Below are positions 36,793-50,090 of a stretch of DNA of 64,000 bases, piece after piece. The number at the start of each line of letters is the position of its first letter. Positions within the stretch are counted from its first letter, which is position 1. The stretch comes from Macrostomum lignano. Its lineage: Eukaryota. The stretch lies in assembly GCA_002269645.1 (NCBI GenBank), contig NIVC01001607.1:62001-126000 (forward strand). Reading direction: 5' to 3'. Position numbers and translations under genes: made by a program. The notes under the pieces were generated by a model. The model worked only from the letters and a program-made list of their open reading frames with translations. It was not told the DNA's origin and did not search any database.

Positions 36793-37904
36793 CTGCAATT
36801 GGTTTTTAAAGCGAAGAAAGGTGATCTTAATAACATTTTATGTAGCAAAATTCTCTGCAGCACCGTGTTACCATGGGATGAGAAGTAGGTGTGACCCGTC
36901 ATTAATCAGAGAGTTTTCAAGCACTCATACGTGTATGAATCCTAAACCAGCCATAAAATAGCCATTTTTTTCACCCATCAGTCTTGTAGGCTTGAAGCTT
37001 GCAAAATACAGTCATTATCTGAAGAAACAACAAAAGATCAACTGAAATTTCTGATCAAGAACAGCTGAGGTTCCCAAAATTCTGTCAAATTGATGGGTGA
37101 GCAGAAGAGGTCTTCAACAAAGGAAGGCTTCAATTTTCCCAAATTATAAATTTACAAGAATGAAACTCCCCGCTCATTAGGAAGTCGCTACTAGGTAGCA
37201 AGCATGTTCTAAGGATAAGAATGAGTCTGTTGTTGTCCAGAGCTCGCTCATATCTCGGCCATCCTTGAACGCATTTGTCCCTGACGTCACTTATCTCGCC
37301 TTCTACCTGTAGCAGTATTCAAATTACTAATCAAGCTAACATACTCTCACATAGGTTTTACATTCATTGACCTGGACTGTCCAATTTAGTTCATTTCTCG
37401 CTTGCCCATACTCAGTAAGTTCACAGGGTGAGGATGCAACGCCTTCTATAGTGTTTGCGGTAATTCCTGGTTGACACGCATCAGTTTCTACCCGGTTGAG
37501 CGCTTTGTGCTCATTCGGCTTTTCAACGGGCACGCGGATGCGGGGATTAAGGTGCCGGCTTACCATCAATCGCCGGCTCAGCTCACCTTTTTGCATGCAA
37601 TTCAGCGGGCTGAGTTGTTTTAAAAGACAAGCAGCCCTTTTGTTCATAGTCGGTTGCATCTATTTCTACATTTTCACTTTGCCTTGCGTGACAGTCGGCT
37701 TCTCTTGCGCTCATTCTTATTATTCTTCTTTTCTTCTAAAAGCGGATAGAAAGCGCGATCATGACTCTATCCCGGGCCTCGGAGAACTGCCTTCTGTTTA
37801 ACCCATGTAGCCTCCACGTCTTGCTATTCAGCATTAGACTGACGGATAAATTGATGTGTTGTTATCTTATATAGCTCGCATGTGGACTATAATTATCAGC
37901 AATA

Positions 37905-39595
37905 CACTTTTTCCGTTCAATTTCAACAAACTCCCATTCTATTTCGGCAAGCTGACATTCAATTTCATCATTCTATATTTAGCTACTTCAACCGTCATTC
38001 CAATTCGTCAAGCGGCATTCAATTTCGGCAATTGGATATTCTATTTCCTACCATAGTAAGGGTGCTAATTTGTCTATGGACAAAACTTGCTCCTGCATGC
38101 TGATTTCCCATTCAATTTCGGCAATTGGATATTCTATTTCCTACCATAGTAAGGGTGCTAATTTGTCTATGGACAAAACTTGCTCCTGCATGCTGATTTC
38201 CCATTCAATTTCGGCAATTGGATATTCTATTTCCTACCATAGTAAGGGTGCTAATTTGTCTATGGACAAAACTTGCTCCTGCATGCTGATTTCCCATTCA
38301 ATTTCGGCAATTGGATATTCTATTTCCTACCATAGTAAGGGTGCTAATTTGTCTATGGACAAAACTTGCTCCTGCATGCTGATTTCCCATTCAATTTCGG
38401 CAATTGGATATTCTATTTCCTACCATAGTAATGGTGCTAATTTGTCTATGGACAAAACTTGCTCCTGCATGCTGATTTCCCATTCAATTTCGGCAATTGG
38501 ATATTCTATTTCCTACCATAGTAAGGGTGCTAATTTGTCTATGGACAAAACTTGCTCCTGCATGCTGATTTCCCATTCAATTTCGGCAATTGGATATTCT
38601 ATTTCCTACCATAGTAAGGGTGCTAATTTGTCTATGGACAAAACTTGCTCCTGCATGCTGATTTCCCATTCAATTTCGGCAATTGGATATTCTATTTCCT
38701 ACCATAGTAAGGGTGCTAATTTGTCTATGGACAAAACTTGCTCCTGCATGCTGATTTCCCATTCAATTTCGGCAATTGGATATTCTATTTCCTACCATAG
38801 TAAGGGTGCTAATTTGTCTATGGACAAAACTTGCTCCTGCATGCTGATTTCCCATTCAATTTCGGCAATTGGATATTCTATTTCCTACCATAGTAAGGGT
38901 GCTAATTTGTCTATGGACAAAACTTGCTCCTGCATGCTGATTTCCCATTCAATTTCAACATGAAGGTACGAGAGCAGAGGCAGAAGTGGCTTTATGGGTT
39001 GCGTCAGATGGACACAATCCTGTCCGTTATCATGCGCGTCAAGAAGGCGGTTCTGTCTCTCGTCCGTAATGGACCTTAGGGTTCAACCTCATCATCTTTG
39101 TCACCGATTTCTTCTTCATCTCCTGCTTCTTCGAACATCTCCTTGTCGCTCATTCTTCTTGATTTGTACAGTAATATCTTTTCAAAATGAATTCAGTGTA
39201 TGCTCCCGTACATGAAACAAAATTATGTCTTCTGGAAGCGAACTTGAAGGAGAGCACTCGGTTTAAAGAGGGATGCTATAGAGAGCCTCAGACAGTTACA
39301 GTATTTGTTGTTAGCTTGGGAGGGGGCTACTGAAGATTGTTAAAGTAAACTAAAAAACAGCGCGCTAAAAATATTGTGTTGAAATTGAATGCAGTAACTT
39401 GCAGGAGCAAGTTTTATCCATAGACAGAATGAACGCTCTTAATTTGATATGAAATAGAATATCCGATTGCTGAAATTGAATGGGTCAATGACGAATTGGA
39501 ATGACGGTTGAAGTAGCTAAATATAGAATGATGAAATTGAATTTCAGCTTGCCGAAATAGAATGCGAGTTTTGTTGAAATTGAACGGAAAAAGTG
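37905..39595. mobile_element. Non-autonomous Tc1/mariner-type element with long TIRs, in the innexin A intron (1691 bp)
   Basis: TA|CACTTTTTCCGTTCAATTTC… at 37903-05 and …GAAATTGAACGGAAAAAGTG|TA at 39595-97. The right arm 39377-39595 is the near-reverse-complement of the left arm 37905-38960 once the array is collapsed to one unit. Confidence 0.8.
38016..38956. repeat. Tandem array, 93-bp unit, 10 near-identical copies
   Basis: tgtctatggac recurs at 38071, 38164 … 38908 (period 93); one visible substitution (aatggtgc near 38430). Confidence 0.97.
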
Positions 39596-40337
39596 TACAA
39601 CCTTATATTCGTGCAAGAAATGCAACAAAATTGCAAGAAAATTCCTGGCAACAATAGCGAAATGCTCTATGTTAGAGACATACTGGGTGTTGGAGTTGAG
39701 CATAATATCTATGGTAGAAGTCTGTTTCTGATGAGTTGATGGGTAGATAGTTGAGTCGTAAACCAACGAGTTCAATTACCACACTGGGATGTTCTCTTCT
39801 TGAGAATGCTGATTGCTGAATGTCAAGCGAGAAGCTTAAATGTTTAAATTCTGAATCAGCAATCGGTAGCTACCTTTAGGTGGTAGGTCTAGGCGGTAGA
39901 AATCCCCAACCTACGCCAAAGATGCTCTCAATGAGCTGAGAGAACTTTAACAAGAAGCGATTCCGAAGTCGTTGCCTGGAAGAACAGCGGTCTAAAGAGT
40001 CTGCTATCCATTTTCGTGACCTTCTGAATTCTAAATTGTCAATCTAACTGGTGTTTGCAGTAGTTTTTTTAGAGTGAAACTAGCAGTTCAACTGAAGTTC
40101 CAAACGGACATTAAAACCGTAAAAAGGTGCAGTTGAACTCACAAAATCTGCCCCCCCCCCAGCCTTCTGCCTGTTCTGTGTATCTGTTGCACATTCAGTT
40201 AGGAATAGGAAGATCGCTCCTTGCTAAAAGAATATCTATGGTAGGAAAACAGTGCATACCATCCCAGGCACGGAGATGGTTCAAAACTCGACACGAAGGA
40301 TTTGAATATGAAGGATTACTACAGCCGCTAAGCCTAC

Positions 40338-40745
40338 CTGGATTCCAGACTGCCAATTAAACAGTCGCCAGATCAGGCATGGCAGGTTGAACAGGAAAGC
40401 TTGAATCAGCAGCACCAGCGGCACCCACTGGTAGTAGCCAATGGTCTGTTGGTAGCGCTCAATGCTGTCTTTGGGGTAATTAACATTCCCGGGGTTTATA
40501 AAGTAGGTGCTGGTGATCCAGCAGACGTTCTCCGTGTACTCCTCCTGTGCCCTGGTGAACTCGGTCGGCACCCAGCAGGCGATGGGCTTGCCGATGTACT
40601 GCCTGCATGAAATGACGAGTGAGAACACCACAATTATTGCCGTAGTGAAGGTGTGCGAAATTCGGTCAGCAAAGTCGTCATCTTTGCGCAGCCGTGCCGA
40701 GTCGAGCTTGAACTTGGACAGGCCGGTAACGAAGGCGGTGTCCAT
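40338..40745 (-). CDS. inx: Innexin A, exon 1 (joined model 454 aa)
   Basis: ATG at 40745 (MDTAFVTG; the track start at 40763 is GTG). Contains DDDFADRI, QYIGKPIACWVP, CWITSTY, YYQWVP and LPCLIW; donor CAG|gtaggc at 40338/40337. Confidence 0.95.
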
Positions 40746-43700
40746 TGGGAAGGCGCCAGTCACATGCTCGAAGTTTCTGCAGTTTTGGTGAGGATTCTTA
40801 AGATAAAGATATTAAAATAGTCATTTTAGTAGCTTCCAATACACGGCTAATAGATTGTAGTAAAATAATTATTTGCTAATATTCAGCCGCAGGGCTTTGG
40901 GTGTTGGAGCAAGTCAAAATGACAGTCGATTTAATACGCCCATTCCACTGACCCCAGAGCGAACAAGGGCACGCGCTCACAAGGGTGTACAGCGGCACTG
41001 ACTTTCTCAACGTCAGACAGTGTACACAATCTGTGCCTTAGTGTTGTCGTTTACAGACTGGCATTATTAAGCTTCAACAATTAATTTGACCGCATTCAGA
41101 GTCAGTCGCTAACACAAATTTTGGTCGACTTTTATAACGACTAAACTTAAAGAACGTAGGGCTACGTAGCTTGTACTTTAGGCCATCGGATATTACGATG
41201 TGTGCAAGTCATCGAGGTTGATAGTTGATGCCTTACGAGTGTTCCAAACTTGACTGCTTGCCAACTTTCATATCGGACACTGATAGGCTGCTTGTGCTTT
41301 TGAGAAGCTCAGCAACGGGAAGAAATTGTAAGTACGCTCGTAGGCTTAAAAAGGGGAGTTTAAAATCTTACAAAACCGTGTTTTCCCATGCGCTATCGTT
41401 GAAAGAAAGCTTTCCACTTCGTTGGTTAATTCACTTTGAGAGAAGCTTAAACGGAATTGATCAGCACAGGATCTTTCCTGAAATTAACAGAAATGATTGC
41501 AGAAGCAAAAGACCTTTTGCAATGTTGAAATAATAAACTGTTTTTGACTAGATCAGCCATACTTGTTTGTCCACAAAGTCCTTATTCGACAATAAACGCC
41601 TGATCGGTTAAATAAAATGCAGTTGCTCACTAAAACGGGTAACGGTTGGAATTATTTTTATCAGCCACAACTAAACCACTTTGTCGCCATTCAGCCATCA
41701 GTTTCAGGGTCCTGCAAGAGAGCGTGACAGCAGCAGAGAGCTGATATTGAATAATTAACGAGGGCTCATCATTCCTACTTTGGGGGTTGCAGGACGGCGA
41801 CTGAGAGGCTGGAAGTTTTTTGCTAGAATCGTTATCAAAGTTTTTTTTTCTAGGCGTTGATCCCCAGGGGCAGGGTGATGCATTTAGCCTAAAACGGCTG
41901 CGTTGACTTTGGGGCAGCAGTTTTAGTTTCCATCCACTACCCCCCCCCAGTGCCACACTTCAGGATTTATTTCAATTTAAAGGGCTACCTAGCGGTTTTA
42001 CAATCGGATGGTTCTGTAGGCTTGCACTGGATAGTATATTACCTTAGCTGCAGCTTCATCCACAAAAATAGTTTTATTTCATAGTTAAAAATGAGTTGAC
42101 TGTATTGAAGATCAAATAGACATCAAAACCGTTAATTAAGCAATTGATAAGAATCGCTTGGTCCCGAGCGGGTTCTCGGCCGACGTTTATCTCCCAAAAC
42201 AAGCCTCATCGCTTCCCGCGAGTTCTCTTTGCTACCGTCGATTGAGCCGGATCGATGGAATCCCCTCTGGGATCCATCTTCAACGATGGGGAGGAGTAGC
42301 GCGCGAGAAGAGATGGAGATTAGACTGGGCGAAGTCTTGAGGCCGGGTCAATAGAGTATTTAACTAGCATTTCTAGCAGCAGGCCTTACTGGACTCTCCA
42401 ATGCTGCTCTGAACACTCTGGGCTGGTCCTTCTCTTTGCTGACACTCCAAGCTTCGACCTGATATCTAATCACTGGATATCCGGGTCAGAGATTGGACAG
42501 CTGCCCCCAGTAACTGGCATATGCAAGTGCTGGGAGCTGAATAACTGCCCTCTAGGGGGGGAGTCTGTCGGGTCCGCCCGCCTATCTTCCAACCAGAAGC
42601 CTGAAAGGATCAATCCGATTGGAAATTCTTTATTGGCCCAAGTTCCTCTTCTCCGCTAGCCGGCTTCAAGCTTTAAACAGGTTCAATTGTGTACTACGAA
42701 GTATCAACTGTGCTGATTTTACGAGCATTATGTAGTGTGAGGGGATGGGGCTGAAAAAGCGCGTGACAGGAGTGCACTGGGCGCGCAAAAACCGACAATT
42801 TTGTCAATGTACTTATCAAACAATGAGCAGCACTTTATTCTGATACTTTTACGAATTAATTTTATGAAGAATTCATTCTGGCAAGCTTCCACTCTCCGTC
42901 ATATCCAGCTGCCAGTTTTGCTTCCCAATCATTTGAAGCTCGCGCGTCCGTCACACGACTTGACTTCTAAGTTCGTTTCCAGCTGGGCCACCAATTGGCT
43001 TCATCAAACAAGAATGGGAAGCTGGAACCGAAGGCTGCCAAGATAGGGGCAGAGAAGGAGCCAGCGAGGGACTGAAGGAAAGCTATAGAAGGGAATTAAT
43101 TGACCCACGTATCGCCTTTCATCGCTGCCAACGTACGGCCCAGGTACCCGTGCAGGTCTGAAAGGTGTAACGCCGGCCGTACTCGCCAAAATTAGGACAT
43201 TAATTCCATCTGACTCTGTCTAATCCGTTCCAACTCTTCTGGCACAAAGAGGAATTAAGAAACCGAGCCAAGCTGCAGAAAAAACCCGAAGACTGCTGTC
43301 TCTCTCTCCTCTGAGACTCAATGGCTTCTGAGCTGCATCTCTCTTGGACTCTTTTAGCCACCTCCAAATGCCGAAGGCGAAGGGACGCTGGAGCCCCGCC
43401 CTCTTGCGTCTTTTAGAATCCCTACCCATGCCGACGGATCCACTTCCCTGCGCGCTCGGCTGTGTGTCATTCGGACTCCCTGTGCAGCTCACGGCTTCCT
43501 CGTATCCTCATCGTGTAGCGTCCGCAACCGTACGTTTCAATTGCTCCCGGGACAGTGGGGAAATAAGCGCAAGAAAATGACAAGATCAAAGGGAGAAATT
43601 TTGACTCGCTTCAGTGAGCACCGGCGCCTGGCGCTGTAATCGCCCTGCTGCCCTTCCTCATCGCCACTGCGGCACTCTTGAGCAGCGACGGCCGGCTCGA

Positions 43701-43765
43701 GCGATTGCTCAACTGAGGAAGCTGAAGTGCTTTTCACTTCCACTCTGTGTACTACTGCCACATTT

Positions 43766-44340
<575 letters not shown>

Positions 44341-44845
44341 TTTATTTCCTGACAAAATTTAAAAAAGCAAGTTTGCGTGACTCACCTTCAAATTCCAACT
44401 ACTCTTATTTGCGACGCGATAAAACAAAAATATTAATAACTTGCGCAGCCTAGACAGACTTCCAAATGAACGGCGAAGAGATATGGATAAATGCTCCCAC
44501 AACCTCGGAGCCTCACTTGCGACCACCTCTTATTCAGCCCGAATTATGGGAAGGCAGACAGGGGTGGGAGAAAGGAAGAGAGAGAGATAGAGTGAGAGAG
44601 AGAGAGAGAGAGTGAGAGGGAAAATGCAAGTGGCAAAACTATAATTCTTAGAATAGTCTAGCCAGAGTCTAGCTAATTTTGCCTCTTTGTGGCTTACTAC
44701 GAGCGCACGAATCACTCGCTCCCTCGCCAACCGCTCATCTCGCTCTGTCAAACCTCTGAGCCCTGGCCCGACTCGCTGACCCTTGGTAAGAAAATGCGAT
44801 GACTGGAGTTGGTCACCCGAATGTCTTGCTTTAATTGAATGCCCA

Positions 44846-45542
44846 CACTCACACCAGAACTCACTCACTAACACCAGAACTCACTCACTAAACCAGAACT
44901 CACTCATACTAACATTCACACCAGCACTCACTCACACCAGCATTCACTCACACCAGCACTCACTCACACCAGCACTCACTCACACCAGCACTCACTCACA
45001 CCAGCACTCACTCACACCAGCACTCACTCACACCAGCACTCACTCACACCAGCACTCACTCACACCAGCACTCACTCACACCAGCACTCACTCACACCAG
45101 CACTCACTCACACCAGCACTCACTCACACCAGCACTCACTCACACCAGCACTCACTCACACCAGCACTCACTCACACCAGCACTCACTCACACCAGCACT
45201 CACTCACACCAGCACTCACTCACACCAGCACTCACTCACACCAGCACTCACTCACACCAGCACTCACTCACACCAGCACTCACTCACACCAGCACTCACT
45301 CACACCAGCACTCACTCACACCAGCACTCACTCACACCAGCACTCACTCACACCAGCACTCACTCACACCAGCACTCACTCACACCAGCACTCACTCACA
45401 CCAGTACTCACTCACACCGGCACTCACTCACACCAGCACTCACTCACCCAGCACTCACTCACACCAGCATTCACTCACACCAGTACTCACTCACACCGGC
45501 ACTCACTCACTCACACCAGCACTCACTCACACCAACATTCAC
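44846..45542. repeat. Minisatellite, 16-bp unit, ~43 copies
   Basis: Unit cactcactcacaccag. Confidence 0.97.
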
Positions 45543-46029
45543 GTTCGTCAAGAGGTGAGATAGGATGAGATGAGAACAGTGACGCGTAATTGAGAGGCAA
45601 TCCTAGCCGAGAGATACAATCTAACCTAGCTTTCTGGCGGATGCAATCGCTGTTTTGCACAGGAAATTGGTAGCTCTTGAAGGGATTGAGTCAAATAAAA
45701 TATCAACGCAAAGATGCCGTGGGCTCAGAAATAGAAACATGTCAAAGCTCAAAGGTTTTGCATATTACTTTAAAAGTCCCCATACTGACAGGATGCGAAG
45801 GGCTGTCAATGCGATCACCCAGAGAATTGAATTGTTGAAGTCAACAGAAGCGGCTCTTGAGGATTCTGTATTGAAATTAGCGGCAGAAAAACTCCTATCT
45901 ATCTGGAAAAGTCCGTGAAGTTGAGCTGTACTATTAAATTGATTTGAACTTTGATTAAAAAAAGCCGCAATTTTATCTGGCTGCTTGCCTCTTAGCTGTC
46001 GCCTTGAGGAGCCAAAGCCTCAGTAAGGC

Positions 46030-46680
46030 CAGAGAGTGTGGTCAGAGACAGTCTAACCCCAGGAAGTATGGTCAGAGACAGTCTAACCCCAGGAAGTATG
46101 GTCAGAGACAATGTAACCCCAGAGAGTATGGTCAGAGACAATGTAACCCCCAGAGAGTATGGTCAGAGACAATGTAACCCCAGAGAGTGTGGTCAGAGAC
46201 AATGTAAGCCCCAGAGAGTGTGGTCAGAGACAATGTAAGCCCAGAGAGTATGGTCAGAGACAATGTAAGCCCAGAGAGTATGGTCAGAGACAATGTAACC
46301 CCCAGAGAGTATGGTCAGAGACAATGTAACCCCCAGAGAGTGTGGTCAGAGACAATGTAAGCCCCAGAGAGTGTGGTCAGAGACAATGTAAGCCCAGAGA
46401 GTATGGTCAGAGACAATGTAAGCCCAGAGAGTATGGTCAGAGACAATGTAAGCCCAGAGAGTATGGTCAGAGACAATGTAAGCCCAGAGAGTATGGTCAG
46501 AGACAATGTAAGCCCAGAGAGTATGGTCAGAGACAATGTAAGCCCAGAGAGTATGGTCAGAGACAATGTAAGCCCAGAGAGTATGGTCAGAGACAATGTA
46601 AGCCCAGAGAGTATGGTCAAGGACAATGTAAGCCCAGAGAGTATGGTCAAGGACAATGTAACCCCAGAGAGTATGGTCAG
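46030..46680. repeat. Minisatellite, 30/31-bp unit, ~21 copies
   Basis: Unit tatggtcagagacaatgtaagcccagagag. Confidence 0.96.
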
Positions 46681-47123
46681 AATTGATGAGCATCGCATCA
46701 AATATCTACAGCGCTCCGGCTATTCACGTTTTTCTAACCCACTAGGCAAAAAGCATTCAGAAATTACACGCACAAATGGCTAGAAATATAAAGAATGTAG
46801 TCAGTATGAATAATGCCGCGCGCTATCACTTACCGGGTGCGATGCGTCCTATACATCACTCGAAACCTGACATTCCGTTGAAGTGACTCCCGTTGATGGC
46901 TGTCTAAACTGGCGAATTCTGTTTAAACAATACCCCCCGGTTCAAGTTTGTGCATGAGTAGCTGGCAGATGAGATGAGGCTCAGTTTTATGACGCTACGG
47001 CCACTGCTCAGGACGGGCCAGTTGCTACCAGGGATTGGCTAGCGGCAGATTGCTCAGTTCCTCAAGTCCCCCCGCTCAAAACAGCTTTTCCCGCAGTCAC
47101 CGCGTTCTTGGTTGGATAGACAT

Positions 47124-47526
47124 GTGTGGTTCACACCCATAAGTGTGGTTCACACCCATAAGTTTGGTTCACACTCATAAGTGTGGTTCACACCCATAAG
47201 TGTGGTTCACACCCATAAGTTTGGTTCACACTCATAAGTGTGGTTCACACCCATAAGTGTGGTTCACACCCATAAGTGCGGTTCAACCCAAAAGTGCGGT
47301 TCTGGTTCCAACCCATAAGTGTGGTTCACACCCATAAGTGTGGTTCACACCCATAAGTGTGGTTCACACCCATAAGTGTGGTTCCAACCCATAAGTGTGG
47401 TTCACACCCATAAGTGTGGTTCACACCCATAAGTGTGGTTCACACCCATAAGTGTGGTTCCAACCCATAAGTGTGGTTCCCACCCATAAGTGTAGTTCAC
47501 ACCCATAAGTGTGGTTCACACCCATA
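47124..47526. repeat. Minisatellite, 19-bp unit, ~21 copies
   Basis: Unit gtgtggttcacacccataa. Confidence 0.96.
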
Positions 47527-48312
47527 GTTTTTGTCAGCCACGATGTTCCTTCAGACAGACTTTATGCTACTTGCTAACTCGTAAAAAGTTAATTCATTGT
47601 CCCTTTATTGTCTCTACTGGCGCTCCGCATAGAGTACTCTAATTAGACTTTGCTGGCCGGGAATTGAATCAAGGAACGGCCAAGTGTTAAGCGCGTAAGA
47701 AGCTGCCCAGCAGAGAGGACATCAAGGAGGGGATGCTGGAGGGGATGCAAAAGTCCGCCCTCCATCACGGCCGGCGCCCTTCAATCAGGGTTGCTCTGAA
47801 TTCGCTAAGAAAATCGATTGGACTGGAAGAATTAGCGCGAACGTAATCAAGTCCGAAGTGTGAACAGAAATTATGTTGGAACCGAAAAATCAGTTCTTTG
47901 GCATTAGTGGAAACAAACTTTACTTTACGCTTTACGCTACTAAAAGTAGGATACTAAAGTAGTGCCTTTGGGCTGTAAAACGCAATTGAAAATAAGTTCG
48001 CCGAGAGGCAAAAAAGCACCTGCTCATTCCTTTCCTCTTCAAGCACTCATATCCGAAACCCCCATTATGCAGTTAGTCCCTCTAATAGTAGACACCATTC
48101 CAAGCAGCGGGGCTTTCAGTTTGAATGTACGCTTGACTCCATTCTTGAATTTTGGCACAAGGGACAGAAAAAATGAAAAAACTTGCGTGCACACACGACC
48201 CCTTGCTTAATATCAATAACTTTGTCTGCGGGCTGGAGGGCAACGGCTTTGCGGGCGACTTCTGAACCTCTGCTTTGAGCTAGATCGTAAGGAAGGCAAG
48301 AAGCAATTAACC

Positions 48313-49519
48313 ATGGGCTTTGGAATCTTCTCGAAGGAAGTCAACGATGAGTCCAACGACAGGCTCAATCACTTTTTCACCTTTCTACTCCTGCTGTGCT
48401 GCGTGGTGATCACCTGCAAACGGCAGTACCTTGGCAGCCCGATCAGCTGCTGGGTGCCCAAGGAGTTCACTGAGGCTCACCTGGAGTACACGGAGAGCGC
48501 TTGCTGGGCGCTGAACACCTACCATCTGCCGCGCGACGCGGCCGATCCCAAAGGGCCTCCCGAGCGCAAGGCGGAGGAGCTGCCCTACTACCAGTGGGTG
48601 GCCTTCCTGCTGCTGCTCCAGGCCGTCATGTTCCAGCTGCCCAACCTGTTCTGGTCCAACTGTCTGGATAGGCGCGGTCTGCGACTTCCACGGGCGCTGC
48701 AGCTGGCCACCGACTGTCAAGACCTGCGCAGCAGGCGCGCCCGACGCCAGACTGTGGCGTCAGTGGCCGGGCATCTCGGCGAAGCGCTGGACGCCGCCGA
48801 AGCCAGGTCAGTTGGAGGATCGCGCTGCTGGGCGCAGCTGAACCCCGCAACAGCCAGCTGTGCAGGGCCTACCTGGCTACCAAATTGCTCTACATCGGTA
48901 CCACAGTCTCCCAGTTCTTCATCATTAACTCCTACTTGACAGCCGGCACTCGGACGGTTGCCTACGGCTTCTCGTTGGCCGTGAATTTGACGCTCGGCCG
49001 CGACTGGGAAGAGTCCGGCTATTTTCCCGCGTGACTTACTGCGACCTGCTCATCGGGCTTGGCAACGAGCAGCGGCACACCGTGCAGTGCGTTCTGCAAA
49101 TCAACCGACTCAACGAGAAGGTCTACGCTCTTCTCTGGTTCTGGCTTTTCGGTCTCGGCTGTCTGACCGGCCGGAGCTTCATCATCTGGTGCTGGCGGCT
49201 TCTGCCCAAGTCTGCTCGGCGCAGATATGTCACCAGACTGCTGCGGATGCGTGGCTGCACCGCTGGCGGCGGCGGAGTGGGAATTGTCACCTTTACCGAT
49301 CGGATCGGGCCGGACGGCGTGCTCCTACTGGCTCTCGTTGACAGCAACGCCGGGCCGTCGGCGGCTGCGGAGATCTGCGAGGAGCTCTGGCGGCGGAGCC
49401 GGTCCGCGACAGCAGAGATTGGATCGGTTTTCGCTTCCGCCTCGTCCGACACCGCCTCCGCTTCTCCATCCGTGGCAGTCGCTACGACAGTTCACTGGGA
49501 GGCAGACGATCAGGTTTAG
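48313..49519 (+). CDS. inx: Innexin B, single exon, two -1 frameshifts (assembly error or pseudogene); 402 aa if repaired
   Basis: Frame 1 has NDRLNHFFT…QYLGSPISCWVP…CWALNTY…YYQWV. After aacccc (48841-46), frame 3 reads RNSQLCRAYLATKLLY…RDWEESGYFP. After tttccc (49023-28), frame 2 reads VTYCD…TVQCVLQINRLNEKVYALLWFW…DGVLLL; TAG at 49517-19. Confidence 0.85.
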
Positions 49520-49691
49520 AGGACCATGCAGTCCACTTTCTCGCATCTAAGTCTGCGCTAGGCCGTTCACTGTCTGCTTGAGATGAAAGGACTCAAAATA
49601 GAATCCGTCAGCCGGACTCAGTGGCACTTCTGCTACAGTGTCTGGTTCTATTTGAGCTTTTGCTGTTGAGCTTTGATGTTGCCGCTTGAAA

Positions 49692-50090
49692 ATCCGCTTC
49701 TATCCATGCCTCCACATCCGCTTCTGTCCATGCCTCCACATCCGCTTCTGTCCATGCCTCCACATCCGCTTCTGTCCATGCCTCCACATCCGCTTCTGTC
49801 CATGCCTCCATCTGCTTCTGTCCATGCCTCCACATCCGCTTCTGTCCATGCCTCCACATCCGCTTCTGTCCATGCCTCCACATCCGCTTCTGTCCATGCC
49901 TCCACATCCGCTTCTGTCCATGCCTCCACATCCGCTTCTGTCCATGCCTCCACATCCGCTTCTGTCCATGCCTCCACATCTGCTTCTATCCATGCCTCCA
50001 CATCCGCTTCTGTCCATGCCTCCACATCCGCTTCTGTCCATGCCTCCACATCCGCTTCTGTCCATGCCTCCACATCCGCTTCTGTCCATG
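49692..50090. repeat. Minisatellite, 24-bp unit, ~16 copies, just downstream of innexin B
   Basis: Unit catccgcttctgtccatgcctcca. Confidence 0.96.

Noticed and set aside
38070-38963. 297-aa ORF of SMDKTCSCML… repeats as a Cys-rich repeat protein
   Set aside because: It is the 93-bp array (a multiple of 3, stop-free in one frame by chance) inside a transposon TIR, in an intron on the opposite strand.
42240-42290. Short similarity gagccgg(a)tcgatgga…ggatcc with 56470-56500, suggesting a shared retroelement remnant
   Set aside because: Too short, and neither region gave a recognisable translation in any frame I read.
44380-44460. Minus-strand GTGAGT donor at 44385 as a 5'-UTR exon of innexin A
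   Set aside because: A lone consensus donor cannot be supported without transcript data.
48841-49034. Programmed ribosomal frameshifting in innexin B
   Set aside because: Neither site fits an X XXY YYZ slippery heptamer, and two successive shifts would be needed; sequencing error or mutation is simpler.
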